A stretch of DNA of 64,000 nt from Squalus acanthias (taxonomy: Eukaryota). The stretch lies in NCBI GenBank assembly GCA_030390025.1, contig CM059432.1, positions 104,348,001-104,412,000 of the forward strand, written 5' to 3'. Shown here one piece after another: positions 23,966 through 36,404 of the stretch (position 1 is its first letter; each line of letters starts with the position of its first letter). Below the pieces are notes generated by a model. It was not told where the DNA came from. It ran no database searches and was given only the letters and a program-made list of their open reading frames with translations. The translations under genes and the position numbers were made by a program.

Positions 23966-26214
23966 TCACAGTCCAGTTCCTAGTAGCCCACAGGAAAAAC
24001 TGTTCCCAATTTGGCCCTAATTAGCAATCTTAATCAGAAAGAATGAGAGCTTGGCTGGTATAGGCAATGGGGGAAAATGTCCCACTGATGCATTCATGGA
24101 TACACTTCAAAGATTGCAACTGAGGCACAATGTTGAGGCAGAATAAAGCAAGTTTTACTCTGCACCTAACCGAACTATGCAGGATCCGTCAGTTCTTAAT
24201 ACTCAAACTGTACCCAAGATGGAACATGTTCTATTCATCAGCACTAATGATGCGCACAAAATTCACAAAGAAACCTTAAGATCTTCTCAAGCCCTCCGAA
24301 GAGGATAAATGTAAAGACTCCCACGGCTATTCCATTCATTATTGTAAAGTTGAGATTTTTAAAGTAATTAAAAGACTGGTTAGTCGACTGGTATTCAAAA
24401 TATGGGCACTTGCAGGGCACATTCCTCATCCCTTGTGACCCTCTGCAGACCTGCTGCTCTGTGTATCTCAGGGTCTCCATTCACAGCTGTCCAGCACAGA
24501 CCAATGCAGTGGTTCTTGGCAAAAAGTTAGGTTGTAAACCAGCCATTCCCTTGCTTGTGAAAATGAGGCAAATTCTGAAGAGACAGCTTTTTTGGGTGCT
24601 ATTTGTAAATCTGCCTCTTAGACTATAGATAGAGTTCAAATAAAGCAGATTGTTAAAGTATCAGACAGAACACCGCCTTCCGCCCCCCCCCCCCTCCTCC
24701 TCCCCCACCCCCCAAAAAAAAAACATTTGGTGTGCTGGAGCAAGATCAGATCTGGATGTTGAAAGGTAGCCTTCCTGTAGTTCTGCTGCCCCAGTGTTCT
24801 TGCATTTAGGACTTGTTTTAATGCTCTTCATCCAGTCAAGGAGTTTCTCAGCTGAACCATGCTGTGTAGCATATAGATTCTATGTTCACCAGGTATATGC
24901 CACATTTTGGAAATGCCCTTAATAGGGGAAGTGGACAAAAATGAATCCTTATGATCTGTGTGACCTCTTCAAGGATTTTTCTTCAAGTAGCAAGCCGATA
25001 TTAATAAAAGTACCCTACATTCAGGATAGTTACATTTTGCCTGTTCATGTAACAGTCGTTCATCCAAAGGACTAGTACTTAGACCAGTTTTAGACCAGGC
25101 AACAAAATTACAATGAGGGCATATTGCAGCAAGTGAAGGCAGTGGATCTTTGGAATCCATATACCAAGTTATTTATATAATCTTTACAATAAAACCTACT
25201 GGCACAATAGTATGAAATGTACAATGGCAAATACAAACAAATTCAATTACCACAGTGGGACAAGAGGATGCATCATTACAACCCGCGATCATCACAACTG
25301 TTACATACCTGCTAGTTTAAGATGCTTGGTGGACTAACTGATGGGGATCGAGGCACTTAGCCACCATAACTGAAAATTGGTGCATCACCCGATTGGAGTT
25401 GTGAGCCGTCTGGCAAGCCTTGGAATTTTGCTGGTCCCAGATCAAAGATAAGTAAGTCTTCATTTAAACAGACACCACCATTATGGTTACCATCTAAGTA
25501 CATGAGCAAACCAGGAGATACAAAGTTCCTTCTGACCTCATGCCAATACCCTCATTGACTGAAAACTGGTGCTTACAGTGCAGGAAAGGGAAGATCACAA
25601 AGTTCTATTGAACAACTCTCTTGAAGGATCCTTGAATTTGAAAGAATTATTTGAAATTGTTTTATCTAATAGACTTTCCTATGGTATGTGGAGTACACCT
25701 TCCTTGAAGGATATTGATTACACATTTTATTCTACTTGCATAATGTGTGTCCTCTGGTAGAGACCGTTTAATGTGTTGGAGTTGGACAGTGGAGCATCTC
25801 ACAACTGAGCTCAAGCCTCTCATTATTCTATGTGCACTTTCCAGCAGGGGCCACTGTATAGCGATTAGGGAGAGAATTGTGTTTTTTTGTCATTGCTCCT
25901 AACACAAATGCTGAGGCCAATTGTAATGCCCCACCACCACGAAGATCAAGAACTAAGCTTGTGGGGGTAGAATTTCTGCAGGGGATCCCCAATCTTCCAT
26001 TGTAACTTCGGTGAAAACCCTGAAGAGATAGTGGAAATAGCCATTTACAACATTTTTCTGGAATTTCCACAGAAGTGAAGGTGTGAGGTTGGGCACGCTC
26101 CCATAGAAATTACTGGTGTTGATCTTTCTCAACTTATGACTGAATGCCACACTACATGATGCATAGTTTACCAAATTTATCCTATCCATTTCCTTCGTGC
26201 TTTTAAAACAGTTG

Positions 26215-26480
26215 AGTAACTGCTCCCCCGATGGCATATTGGATGGTATTGTACAGAGTCAATACAAACCAGGAAAGTCCATATTCAATCCCTGGTCTCT
26301 GCAGAGTCAACTGAGTAGTGATGGAGATTCCATTCTTGATTAGTGTACAGTAATCTTTGCTAGAAAGTGCAAACATGTGGATGTTGAGTGAGAATGTAAT
26401 TAGGTATGACTGTGATGCCCCCACAGTTGATTAGCTTGCTGACAGTCACTGCCTACGCTCAGGCATGAATTGCATGAGCT
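26215..26480 (+). mobile_element. SINE-like family C copy; an opposite-orientation copy lies at ~26570-26890
   Basis: ttcaatccctggtctctgcagagt..gctagaaagtgc..gtggatgttgagtgag..ctgtgatgcccc matches other family C copies. Confidence 0.5.
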
Positions 26481-27824
26481 ACAGTAGGGCTATTGAAACC
26501 ATCAGCCCTTTTCTTCTTCCTGCATTCTACCCCCACCCCATTTCAAGTTTCCAAGAAGCATCTTTTTACTGCTGGTATTCTCCATTCCTCTCCTGAAATT
26601 ATGGACACCTTGTTTTCAAGAGTATAATTTTATGGGCCCAAGACATTCTCCAATACCTCAGCAGTATTCAAGTATGAGCCTGCAGATTATTTGACCATAG
26701 CCAAATTGATCCTGTCTTCATCTGACATCCATAGCCATAGAGCAGAGGTCATTGGATAACAAAGGGTGGAAATCCTGGTCAATTTTCCCTTTGCTAACTG
26801 ATGTGTGCTAAACCGCTGCTGAGATCAGCTAACTCAATCTCGGCCAAGGTTTGAATCTGGGACTTTCCAGTTATGTATGACCAAGCTACTCGTTGACTAA
26901 ACTTGTGTAACAGTCTACAAAGCTTAATGTTGTAGAACTGAGCAATATTTTAATTGTCCACTTAAATGCTTTCCACTGCCTCTGTATCTTTTTGCAAGTA
27001 TGATCAAGTACGATTACCAAAACTGGACACTAATCATCTCAATAATGTTTTGCACAGATGTAGATTCATGTTCTATTTGCCTTGGTAATTACTACCCAAT
27101 AACAATATTGCAGCAAATATACATTGAACCCCTTAAAGTATGCAGCACCTTTGTGCTAAATAATTGCCAAAAGTTTGCAGGAGCTGCTTTATAACAAGTA
27201 ACTGAAGAATTGATTGTTGTTGCTATACTTCAGGGGCTTGGTGTCTTTCTGTTGTGATGAGTAATTATTTCCATTTTGGAGTAGTGGTATATATATATAT
27301 ATAGTATTTAAGTATTTTAGTAAATGTTTGCAATTTGAATTTACCAGTAATGATAAGTCTTATATTAAGAATGGAAGTGGGATTTTTATCACGAGGTGAT
27401 AAATTAATTCATTTATGCAAGAATGAATGGTGGATGTAGCTAAACTCAAAACTCCGCCTCCAATGCTGAAAATCTATTAAACAATACTTTCATTCACATT
27501 TTCTTTTTTAAAAATGTATTAAGTGGGATAGTCTGTGAAACTGCATCTTTATCAGATTACTGTACTTATCACAGTTCGGATATGCAACTAATTATATCAT
27601 GATAGATTTTCCTTTTGCTGTTAAATTGCTTTTGTAAAATTAAAGACAGGTCATTATGTACAGGAATAATTTTGTTAGCTGATCATATGAAAACTTGATT
27701 TAATATTTAATGCATACTTTACCACATTTCTACAACACTCCAATACTTCAATTTGCTTATTGTTTTCCCTATTCTCTTAATTTTTTATTTTTTGTTCAAT
27801 TTTTAGTTTTGTTAGACTACATAA

Positions 27825-28520
27825 ATGATACAGCAACTTCAGGCAAGGGGCAGATACCCGGTTAAACTCAAAAATCCAAAAGTTGCTGTCCAAGTTGCGC
27901 CGCTCCGCCGTTAGCTTCGCGAAAGCGGCATCTCGCTGTCTGGCTCACCATTGACATGCATTGAATGGTATGAGGTTGCTTTATTTGTGCGGTAGATACG
28001 AACTAAACTCACCACAGAAAGTTAAGTTGTCCATGCCAGTCTAAGTACCCTTTTAACAATGTGATAAGAGTGACAACCTCTCTGGCACTGAAAATTAACT
28101 ATTACAAGTGTGGAGTCTCATTCTTTCAGGTTTTAATTGTTGTTGGAGATTTTTAAAATGTAAAATTAATTTTTTTTAAAAACTTTTCCTGTCTTTTTTC
28201 CTCTCTTTCTTAATCCAATCTTTCTTTCCCTCTCTTTATTTCTTTTTCTGTCCCTGATTTTACATTGAATTCACCCACTCTAATTTACACTTCCTTCTCA
28301 GTCCTTGCACTGTTAATTTCACAATCCTTCAATCTGATTGGTTAAGGAGATACACAGTTGCTTGCCCTGTTCACTCAGGTCCCAGATGCCCTGTTTCCCT
28401 CGCTGTGACGCTATCAACTCGCACTTTCAGCAACTTACCGCGCAAAAAACTTACCGTGCAAGGGTAAGTCTAACGAACAACAGATGCCGTTAGATGACCT
28501 GCTACAGCAAATTATGGCAT
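27825..28520. mobile_element. Probable non-autonomous DNA transposon remnant
   Basis: CpG-rich ends in an AT-rich background, ending cctgctacagcaaattatggc (Harbinger-like terminus). Left TIR not clearly found. Confidence 0.45.
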
Positions 28521-29810
28521 CTTCCAAGATCATTAGACAGTCATACAGCATGCAACATGTTTTTTTTTTAAATGAAGGGCATACAAGAAAAATCAGGAAG
28601 TAGTAATTAGTGATGCCACACTTGAGTGTTAAAAATTTGAATATTTTAGGATGAAGGCAATACTGAGATAGGGTATTGCACAGATTTGAGATGCTGGGAA
28701 AACATGAATTAGATTAGGAAATTAGGAAACAATGAGTCTTAAATTCAACACAGTGATGATGTAAGGACAAGGGAGAGCATGTAGGATAGCATATTTGGAG
28801 ATTAGTAGGAATAAAACAGGAAAGTTTAGAGGAGTGTAGGAAGTGTAAGCTGTAAATTCTGAATGAGGCAATTACGATAGAGGAAATACTTAATCACAAT
28901 TGCAGTATATAAGCGACATTATCTACAGATTATAAACCGGTGTCAGGTTTCTGATGACCAAGTAGCAACTGCCCTCTTTGAGGGAACTAAGTAGGGTCCT
29001 GGGGTCGAAGTGGTTTTGAGGTGATAAACTTAATGATGGGAGATTGGAAAAAAGTCAATCCTCTGGCAGAATCAGTAATTTGGTATCTTTTTTATTCGTT
29101 CATGGGATGTGGGCGTTGCTGGCAAGGCCAGCATTTATTGTCCATCCCTAATTGCCCTTGAGAAGGTGGTGGTGAGCCGCCTTCTTGAACCGCTGCAGTC
29201 TGTGTGTTGAAGGTACTCCCACAGTGCTGTTAGGGAGGGAGTTCCAGAATTTTGACACAGCGGCGATGAAGGAACAGCGATGTATTTCCAAGTCAGGATG
29301 GTGTGTGACTTGGAGGGGAACTTGGAGGTGATGGTGTTCCCATGCGCCTGCTGCCCTTGTCCTTCTAGATGGTAGAGGTCGTGGATTTGGGAGGTGCTGC
29401 CGAAGAAGCCTTGGCGAGTTGCTGCAGTGCATCTTGTAGATGGTACACACTGCAGCCACGGTGCACTGGTGGTGGATGGGGTGCCAATCAAGTGGGCTGC
29501 TTTGTCCTGGATGGTGTCGAGCTTTTTGAGTGTTGCAGCTGCACTCATCCAGGCAAGTGGAAAGTATTCCATCACACTCCTGACTTGTGCTTTGTAGATG
29601 GTGGAAAGGCTTTGGGGAGTCAGGAGGTAAGACACTTGCCGCAGAATACCCAGCCTCTGACCTGCTCTTGTAGCCACAGTATTTATGTGGCTGGTCCAGT
29701 TAAGTTTCTGGTCAATGGTGACCCCCAGAATGTTGATGGTGGGGGATTCAGCAATGGTAATGCCGTTGAATGTCAAGAAGTGGTGGTTAGACTCTCACTT
29801 GTTTGAGATA

Positions 29811-30356
29811 CGGACACCGCGCAACAATCGCCAGGCAGGAGGGTTCCCTCCCAGTCGGGGAACACTTCAGCAGCCAGGGGCATTCAGCCTCGGATCTGCG
29901 GGTAAGCGTTCTCCAAGGCGGCCTTCGGGATACACGACAGCGCAAAATCATAGAGCAGAAACTGATAGCCAAGTTCCGCACTCATGAGGATGGCCTCAAT
30001 CGCGATATCGGGTTCATGTCACGATACAGAACGTGACTTGACATCATGGCCGGTCTTCCCAGGTGTTTTTTTTAAAAAAGACTAACACAAGAACCAACAC
30101 AAATTGACAGGATATGCAGCCAGCAGGTGGTTTGACACGTTGGACCCCCTGGGACACATCTCATTGTCTTGGCTGTGCTCTTAGTGTGTCTTTGATGTAG
30201 GGAAAGATTTGAATAGATTTTGTCTGTGTTTAAATTGTGAATTCTGGGAGATTCTCTCACTGCTAACTTACCTGAGGAAGGAGCGACAGCTCCGAAAGCT
30301 TGTAAAATTAAATAAATCTGTTGGACTATAACCTGGTGTTGTGCGACTTCTCATTT
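29811..30356 (+). mobile_element. PLE family B 3' fragment (GIY-YIG C-terminus + pLTR)
   Basis: ORF 29803..30036: LPVGEHFSSQGHSASDLRVSVLQ..RKIIEQKLIAKFRTHEDGLNRD. 12-bp TSD ttgtttgagata at 29799-29810 and 30357-30368. Confidence 0.9.
30268..30305 (+). ncRNA. Minimal hammerhead ribozyme motif (PLE family B)
   Basis: TTAC-CTGAGGA-A-GGAGC-GACA-GCTCC-GAAA-GC-TT-GTAA. Confidence 0.87.
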
Positions 30357-31869
30357 TTGTTTGAGATAGTCATTGCCTGGCACTTGTGTGGCACGAATGT
30401 TACTTGCCACTTATCAGCCCAAACCTGAATGTCATCCAGGTCTTGCTACATGCAGGCATGGACTGCTTCATTATTATCTGAGGAGTTGTGAATGGAACTG
30501 AACACTGCAATCATCAGCAAACATCCCCACTTCTGACCCTATTATGGAGGGAAGGTCATTGATGAAGCAGCTGAAGATGGGTGGGCCTAGGACACTGCCC
30601 TGAGGAACTCCTTCAGCGATGTCCTGGCATTGAGATGATTGGCCTCGAACAACCACAACCATCTTTCTTTGTGCTAGGTTTGACTCCAGCTAGTGGAGAG
30701 TGTTCCCCCTGATTCCCATTGACTTCGGTTTTACTAGAGCTCCTTGATGCTGCACCCGATCAGATCTGCAAGGCTCTGTTGATGAGTGCTCAACCAGCTA
30801 GACTCACTAATGGACCTTGGAGGGGTAGACTTATTATTGGAAGCTGGGATTTTTCTCACTCAGCTCCAGAGAACTCTGAAAAACCAATGACCCAATGGAT
30901 AGGGTGGTTCTAGCTGGACAAGCAGCTCTAGTAAGCTGTGTAGTTTTAGTTGATTAAACTCCAACAGTACCCCTGTTCATACTTGAGGGTCCCTAAACCT
31001 TGGCTCTGCCAATCTACACCTAAGCTCTCTGGAGTTGGGTAAGTTGGATGTGCCACTACAGAGAGAGTATGCACTCCATACTGGACAAAGAGAAACCTGC
31101 AGCCGGTATGTGTATATTTCCCAGTAGCTTAAATTAGAGGCTTAACCATGGTGCAAGGTATCCCCAGGTCTGAATACCTGCTAAAACAATAAAATAAGAG
31201 CTATTAATTAAAAGGTAGTGGATGAACATCCCTCCCCATCACCGTTCTATATTGGGAAAATGATTAGTGATTTACTTCACCACCATTACTAAACCTTATG
31301 ATCATAGTATAGATGTAATCAAATATCATTAGTAATACAATTCTATGTCCAGCTCAGTCCTTGATGCCTCCGACAATGAATGAAGTGCAATTTAACTATT
31401 AAATGTACTGTGTTCCTGCTGTTGACAGACCTGGGTTAATCAAATATGTTGGACTGGTTACGTATGACGGCTCAAAGCAAGCTAATTCTATATGAAATCC
31501 CAGATATAAACAGTAAATCACTAACCATTTTCTGAGTGAATAATAAAATCATGTAAATAAATTAACTCTTGTTGGATTCACTGTAGCTACCTTACAGGAC
31601 CACTGACCATAGTAGGAATGATGAAAGAGATAGAGACAAGTAAGACTGCAATGGAGAAATAGAGATTAAAGACTAGAAATAAGAGAGAGATAATTCATCA
31701 GATGCCATATTTTTGCTGTCTCATCTCCAAGAGAGGTGTTAAAAGATCCAGATATGGGAGCAACATTCATATATTGAACATACATGGGCATTATAAAAAG
31801 TTAAGAATGGTTGAGGGGGAAAGGGGTGTTTGGTAGAAAAGAGCTTTTTGGAGGAAGTGACATCCTAAG

Positions 31870-32538
31870 TGGATATTGAAAAGGCTTATGCTATTAGTAT
31901 ATCCTAGATTTCCAGAGAGCCCTCAATAAAGTTCCATCCCATTCAAAAAGGTGAATGAAACAGGCAACTACACACCCATTAGACGTATTTCCATTCTGTG
32001 TAAAATAATTGAATTGATTAGCAGGAGTAAACTAGAGGACTATCTGTACAATAACTTGGAAAACTGCAATCAATATGGAGTCAGAAGGGGAAGATCCAGT
32101 TTAACCAACCTCCTCGACTTTGAAAAAGTGACAGCTCATGTGGACTGCGGTGACCCCTACAACATGGTGTACCTAGACTTTGAAAAGGCATTTGACAAAG
32201 TTCCACATGAAAGATTATTGGTTAAACTTAGAGCTGTATAGATTTAAGGTAAACCCTGGGAATGGATAAGAAATTGACTGAAGGGTAGAAAACAATGAGT
32301 ACTCATTAGAGAGGTTATGTCAGGGTTGAGGGAGTATTGAGTGGGGTGTCCCAAGGCTTGATGTTGGGACCACTAATGTTACTAACTGCATTCAGAAAAT
32401 CAATGCAATGTGCTCAAATTTGCAAACTAGGAGGAGCAGTGGAATCAGGAGGTGGCTCAGAGATTACATAATGAACTGAATAAAATATGAAAGTCGGCAG
32501 AAAAATGACATGAAATTTAATGCAGACAAATGTAAATG
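31870..32538 (+). mobile_element. Degenerate CR1 RT fragment
   Basis: ORF 31951..32241: [27 protein letters not shown]. Confidence 0.82.
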
Positions 32539-32629
32539 GCTTGAGTGGAGCATAAACGCCGGCATGGACTGGTTGGGCCGAATGTCCTGTTTCTTTGTTG
32601 TATATCCTATGTAATCCTATGTATGTAAA

Positions 32630-33625
32630 TGTGGCTATCTCATTTTTAATCTCATCATCCGATGTCATGTCCACCTGATCCATCTCCCTGGTAAATACTG
32701 AAACAATAAAATTATTTAATACTTCTGCCAGTTTGCTATTGCTGCCTGTGATTTTATCCTGAGTGTCCCTTACTGGCCATATTCCCATCCCGACTTTCCT
32801 TTTTTTTATTTATGTGGGCTGCAGAATATTTTACTATTTTGTTTTATGTTTCTTGATAATTTAATTTCATCGATCCTTTTTGCCTTCCTAATTGTTTTTT
32901 TGACTTCTCTCCTAGTCTCTTCGTATTCTTCCTTGTTGTGCTCTCCTCTGCTGTCCAAGTTCTTAGTTTATATCTTTTTCCTTACCCTCAATTTTTCCCT
33001 TATGTTTTTATTCATCCACAGTGTCTCAGTGGTGTTTAGTTTGTTCTTGCTTTTTAGTGGAATATATTTTTCCTGGGCTCTGTTGAACACAGTTTTAAAT
33101 GTTTCCCATTGCTGTTCTACATCATTGTTTGCCAATATTGTTGTCCATTTTATTTTCCTAAGTTCTATTCTCAGCCCCTCAAAATCATTTTTTCACCAAT
33201 CTATTACCCTAGTCTTTGTCATGCTTACCTCCTCAATTATTATCCTAAACCATATTATGTTATGGTCACTATTGCCTATATGTTCTCCTACTTTTACTTC
33301 TCTTATCTGTTCTGGTTCATTCCCCGTTACCAGATCCAGTAGCAAATCCTGCCTTGTTGGGCTTCTTACATATTGGGTTAGAAAGGAGTCCTGTACACAT
33401 TGCAGGAACTCAATTCCTTTATCCCCTTAACCTACCTCTTTTGGCCAATTAATTTTGGGGTAGTTGAAATCCCCCATGATTATTATTCTATGTGTGTTAC
33501 TCATTTCCATAATTTGTTTGCATATTTCTTCCTCCACCTCCCTTCCACTATTAGGAGGTCTGTAGTCTACCCCTATTTGTGTGATTGGTCCTTTTTCTAT
33601 CTCTAGCTGTATCCACATGGATTCT
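32630..33625 (-). mobile_element. CR1 APE/linker fragment in the opposite orientation
   Basis: GVDYRPPNS..IIMGDFNYPKINW (33427..33618); AEVLNNFIVSVFT (32414..32788). Confidence 0.82.
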
Positions 33626-34179
33626 ATTTCTGTCTAATGTAATTTATCTACAACTGTTGCTTAATCAGAGCCTTAAAGCTAGTTTGATTAAAACCCATGT
33701 AGTGGTGACTTCAGCCAAGCATCCTTCTGTGAAATGCCCGATTTGTAGGAGAACAACTCTACTGATAATCAGACATTTAATTCATGACTCCATATCAAAC
33801 TTTAATCTTACTTTTGTAATGTACAAAACTGTGTATTTTCAAATTAATTCCATATCATTTTGTTGTGTCACATTTCTTACTGTTAAGATCCTTGATTCTG
33901 GTTTAGCATATCATGCAAAGGAACTTTCAGCCATGTTTGGACATCCTCATCTTTTATGGCCTTACTCATCATTTTTGATTACGATTGTATTAGAAATTCA
34001 TCTCTTACTAAAGATTATAGTGCTAATATTTTGAGTACCAACACAGCCTATATAACCCACAGGAAATCGATATTTGTTTGCTGCAGCAATAAGACTAAAG
34101 CATTTATAATTGAAGGCTAAATGGGTTAAGTAATGCATTTTAGTATGCTGCCAATTCATAGGTCAAGAACTAAAAGGAA

Positions 34180-34595
34180 CAAGGAAAGAACTTGCATTTA
34201 TATAGTACCTTCCACAACCTCAGTACGTCCCAAAACACTTTACAGCCAATTAAGTACTTTTAAAGTGTCGTCACTTGTTGTAATATAGGAAACATGGCAG
34301 ACAATTTGTGCACAGCAAAGGCTCACAATCAGCAATGAGATAATGACCAGCTAAACTGGTTAAATATCAGCTAGGACAACTCTGCTGCTCTACTTCAAAT
34401 AGTGCTGTGAGATCTTTTATGTCCACCTAAGAGGGTAGATGGTGCCTCAGTTTAACGATACTGCACAGCACTCCCTCAGTGTTGCATTGAAGTGTCAGCC
34501 TAGATTATGTGCTCAAGTCTCTGGAATGGGACTCTGAACCCACAATCTTCTGACTCAGAGGCAAGAGTGCTACCACTGAGCCAAGGCTGACACTT
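34180..34595 (-). mobile_element. Deu-domain SINE
   Basis: Same head, core and tail as 18988-19428 and 60651-61115. Confidence 0.82.
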
Positions 34596-34886
34596 CAAGC
34601 TAGCCAGTAAGATCAAGCCTATTTCATCAGAAGTATGGTCATCCATGGACGAAAGTCCAAAAAGTTGGCATAGAATCAATCTGAGAGTCAGTAATGTTGA
34701 GCAATCAAAGGATGAAGAGCACCATACTGAAAATAGATGATTTAACTTTTGATTGCCACAGCATAGCCTCTTGGAAACCTATGAGAATTAGCAGCATATT
34801 CATCAGCAAATGGCTCCATAAAAGCAGCAGAAATCTGCATCTTTCAGTGATTTTTAAACTGAGTCAAGAACGAGGATAAGGCATTA

Positions 34887-35027
34887 ACCAAAAAGGAAGA
34901 TAGTACGGATGCTGGAAATCTCAAAACAAAAACAGAAAAAGCTGGAAATACTCAGCAGGTTAAGCAGCAACTGTGGAGAAACAGAAGTCAGTCGACATTT
35001 CATGTCAAAGACCCTTCCTCAGGACGT
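34887..35027 (-). mobile_element. 141-bp PLE family A-related mini-insertion (hammerhead + 3' tail)
   Basis: 12-bp TSD gataaggcatta at 34875-34886 and 35028-35039; homologous to 9895-10031. Confidence 0.85.
34991..35025 (-). ncRNA. Minimal hammerhead motif (partly decayed)
   Basis: GTC-CTGAGGA-AGGGTC-TTT-GACAT-GAAA-TG-TC-GAC: stem I GTC/GAC and a GUC triplet; stems II and III carry mismatches. Confidence 0.65.
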
Positions 35028-35689
35028 GATAAGGCATTACGAGATTTTCTGGTATTTCAGCATAAAGTACATAATAATTTGGTAACATAATGATCTCTGT
35101 TGAAGATCAAATTCCGACTTACAAATTTATACTTTGACTAAGCTCTCTGGGCCTGAAGCACGACAAACTCCTGCAATGAATCATTTTTACCAGCAGATAG
35201 CAGTAAAATACCACATGTTCTGGATCCTGCTCCTATTTGTGGAACTGTTTTGTACTTTGCAGTCTTGTAAGAAAATAAAAGATACTATTAGAAGGTAGAG
35301 TAAGTTGTCATTGAATAAAGATAAACTGTTGCATTTTTTAATAGTAATATAAAATAATTAGATTTCACCAATGTATTTGAATAATCTTTAGTAATATATA
35401 GCCCCTGCTCTTTAACTAAACAACGTGGCTATAGTCCGAGGATTTCATCAGTGCAGGAGTAGTTTAGAGCGTCAGACATTTGTAACAAATGGCAGCTTAG
35501 ATATATATTTAACATGCATTAACACTTTTAAATAGTTAACACACAGGAACAGATGCTAACAGTTTAAATTTCAAATGTTACATATCAGATGGGATTAAAT
35601 TTAGTAAAGTTTAATCAACATAAGAAAATATAAAGTTCTGCATTACAACAAAAAAATGACAACCAGACTTTTAATGAAGAAATAAAACT

Positions 35690-36133
35690 GATGCTTTGGA
35701 ACAGAGGAGGCTTGATTGAGGTGTATCAAATTACATGGGGCCTAGATAGAGTGGATAGGAAAGACCTATTTCCCTTAGCAGAGGGGTCAATAACCAGGGG
35801 GCATAGATTTAAAGTAATTGGTAGAAGGATTAGAAGGGAGTTGAGGAGAAAAATTTTCACCCAGAGGGTGGTGGGGGTCTAGAACTCACTGCCTGAAAGG
35901 GTGGTAAAGGCAGAAACCCTCATCACATTTAAAAAGCACAAGGATATGCACTTGAATTGGCGTAACCTACAGGACTACGGACCAAGAGCTGGAAAGTGGG
36001 ATTAGGCTGGATAGCCTCCTTCTGTGCTGTAAATTTCTATGATTCTAAATTTCTATGATTCTATAGCTCTTTTTCAGCCGGCACAGACATGATGGGCTGA
36101 ATGGCCTCCTTCTGTGCCATAAATTTCTATGAT
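35690..36133 (+). mobile_element. CR1 3' end containing a nested 47-bp copy of its own tail
   Basis: ORF 35691..35882: RGGLIEVYQI..TRGHRFKV..FTQRVV. (TTCTATGA) tails at ~36034-36062 and ~36124-36133. Confidence 0.85.
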
Positions 36134-36404
36134 GCAAAAGGTTGAATTACAATTACAATTAATTACTATTTGTCAACACAGTGCACTTTTGATTATTATT
36201 TAATGGTGTTGTTCATGAAGGATTTGTTATATTCTAAAGTCACATAAAAGAGTAAGAATTTGAAGCATATTTCAAAAAATAATTACATAGTAGATCTTGC
36301 TAAAAAAAATCTAATACAGTATTATTGGTGGGTATGACTGGGAGACTTCATTAAAATGTAACATCTAGATACAATGATATCCTTACTCTACTAAGCTTTC
36401 AGTC

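Larger units (their letters stand above)
29088..30745 (-). mobile_element. LINE family B, interrupted by a PLE family B fragment
   Basis: ORF 29135..29776 (NILGVTIDQKLNWTSHI..YKAQVRSVMEY) and 30474..30662 ([16 protein letters not shown]). Confidence 0.9.

Noticed and set aside
32846..33430. 194-aa hydrophobic ORF resembling a membrane protein
   Set aside because: Antisense shadow of an A-rich CR1 ORF2 region.
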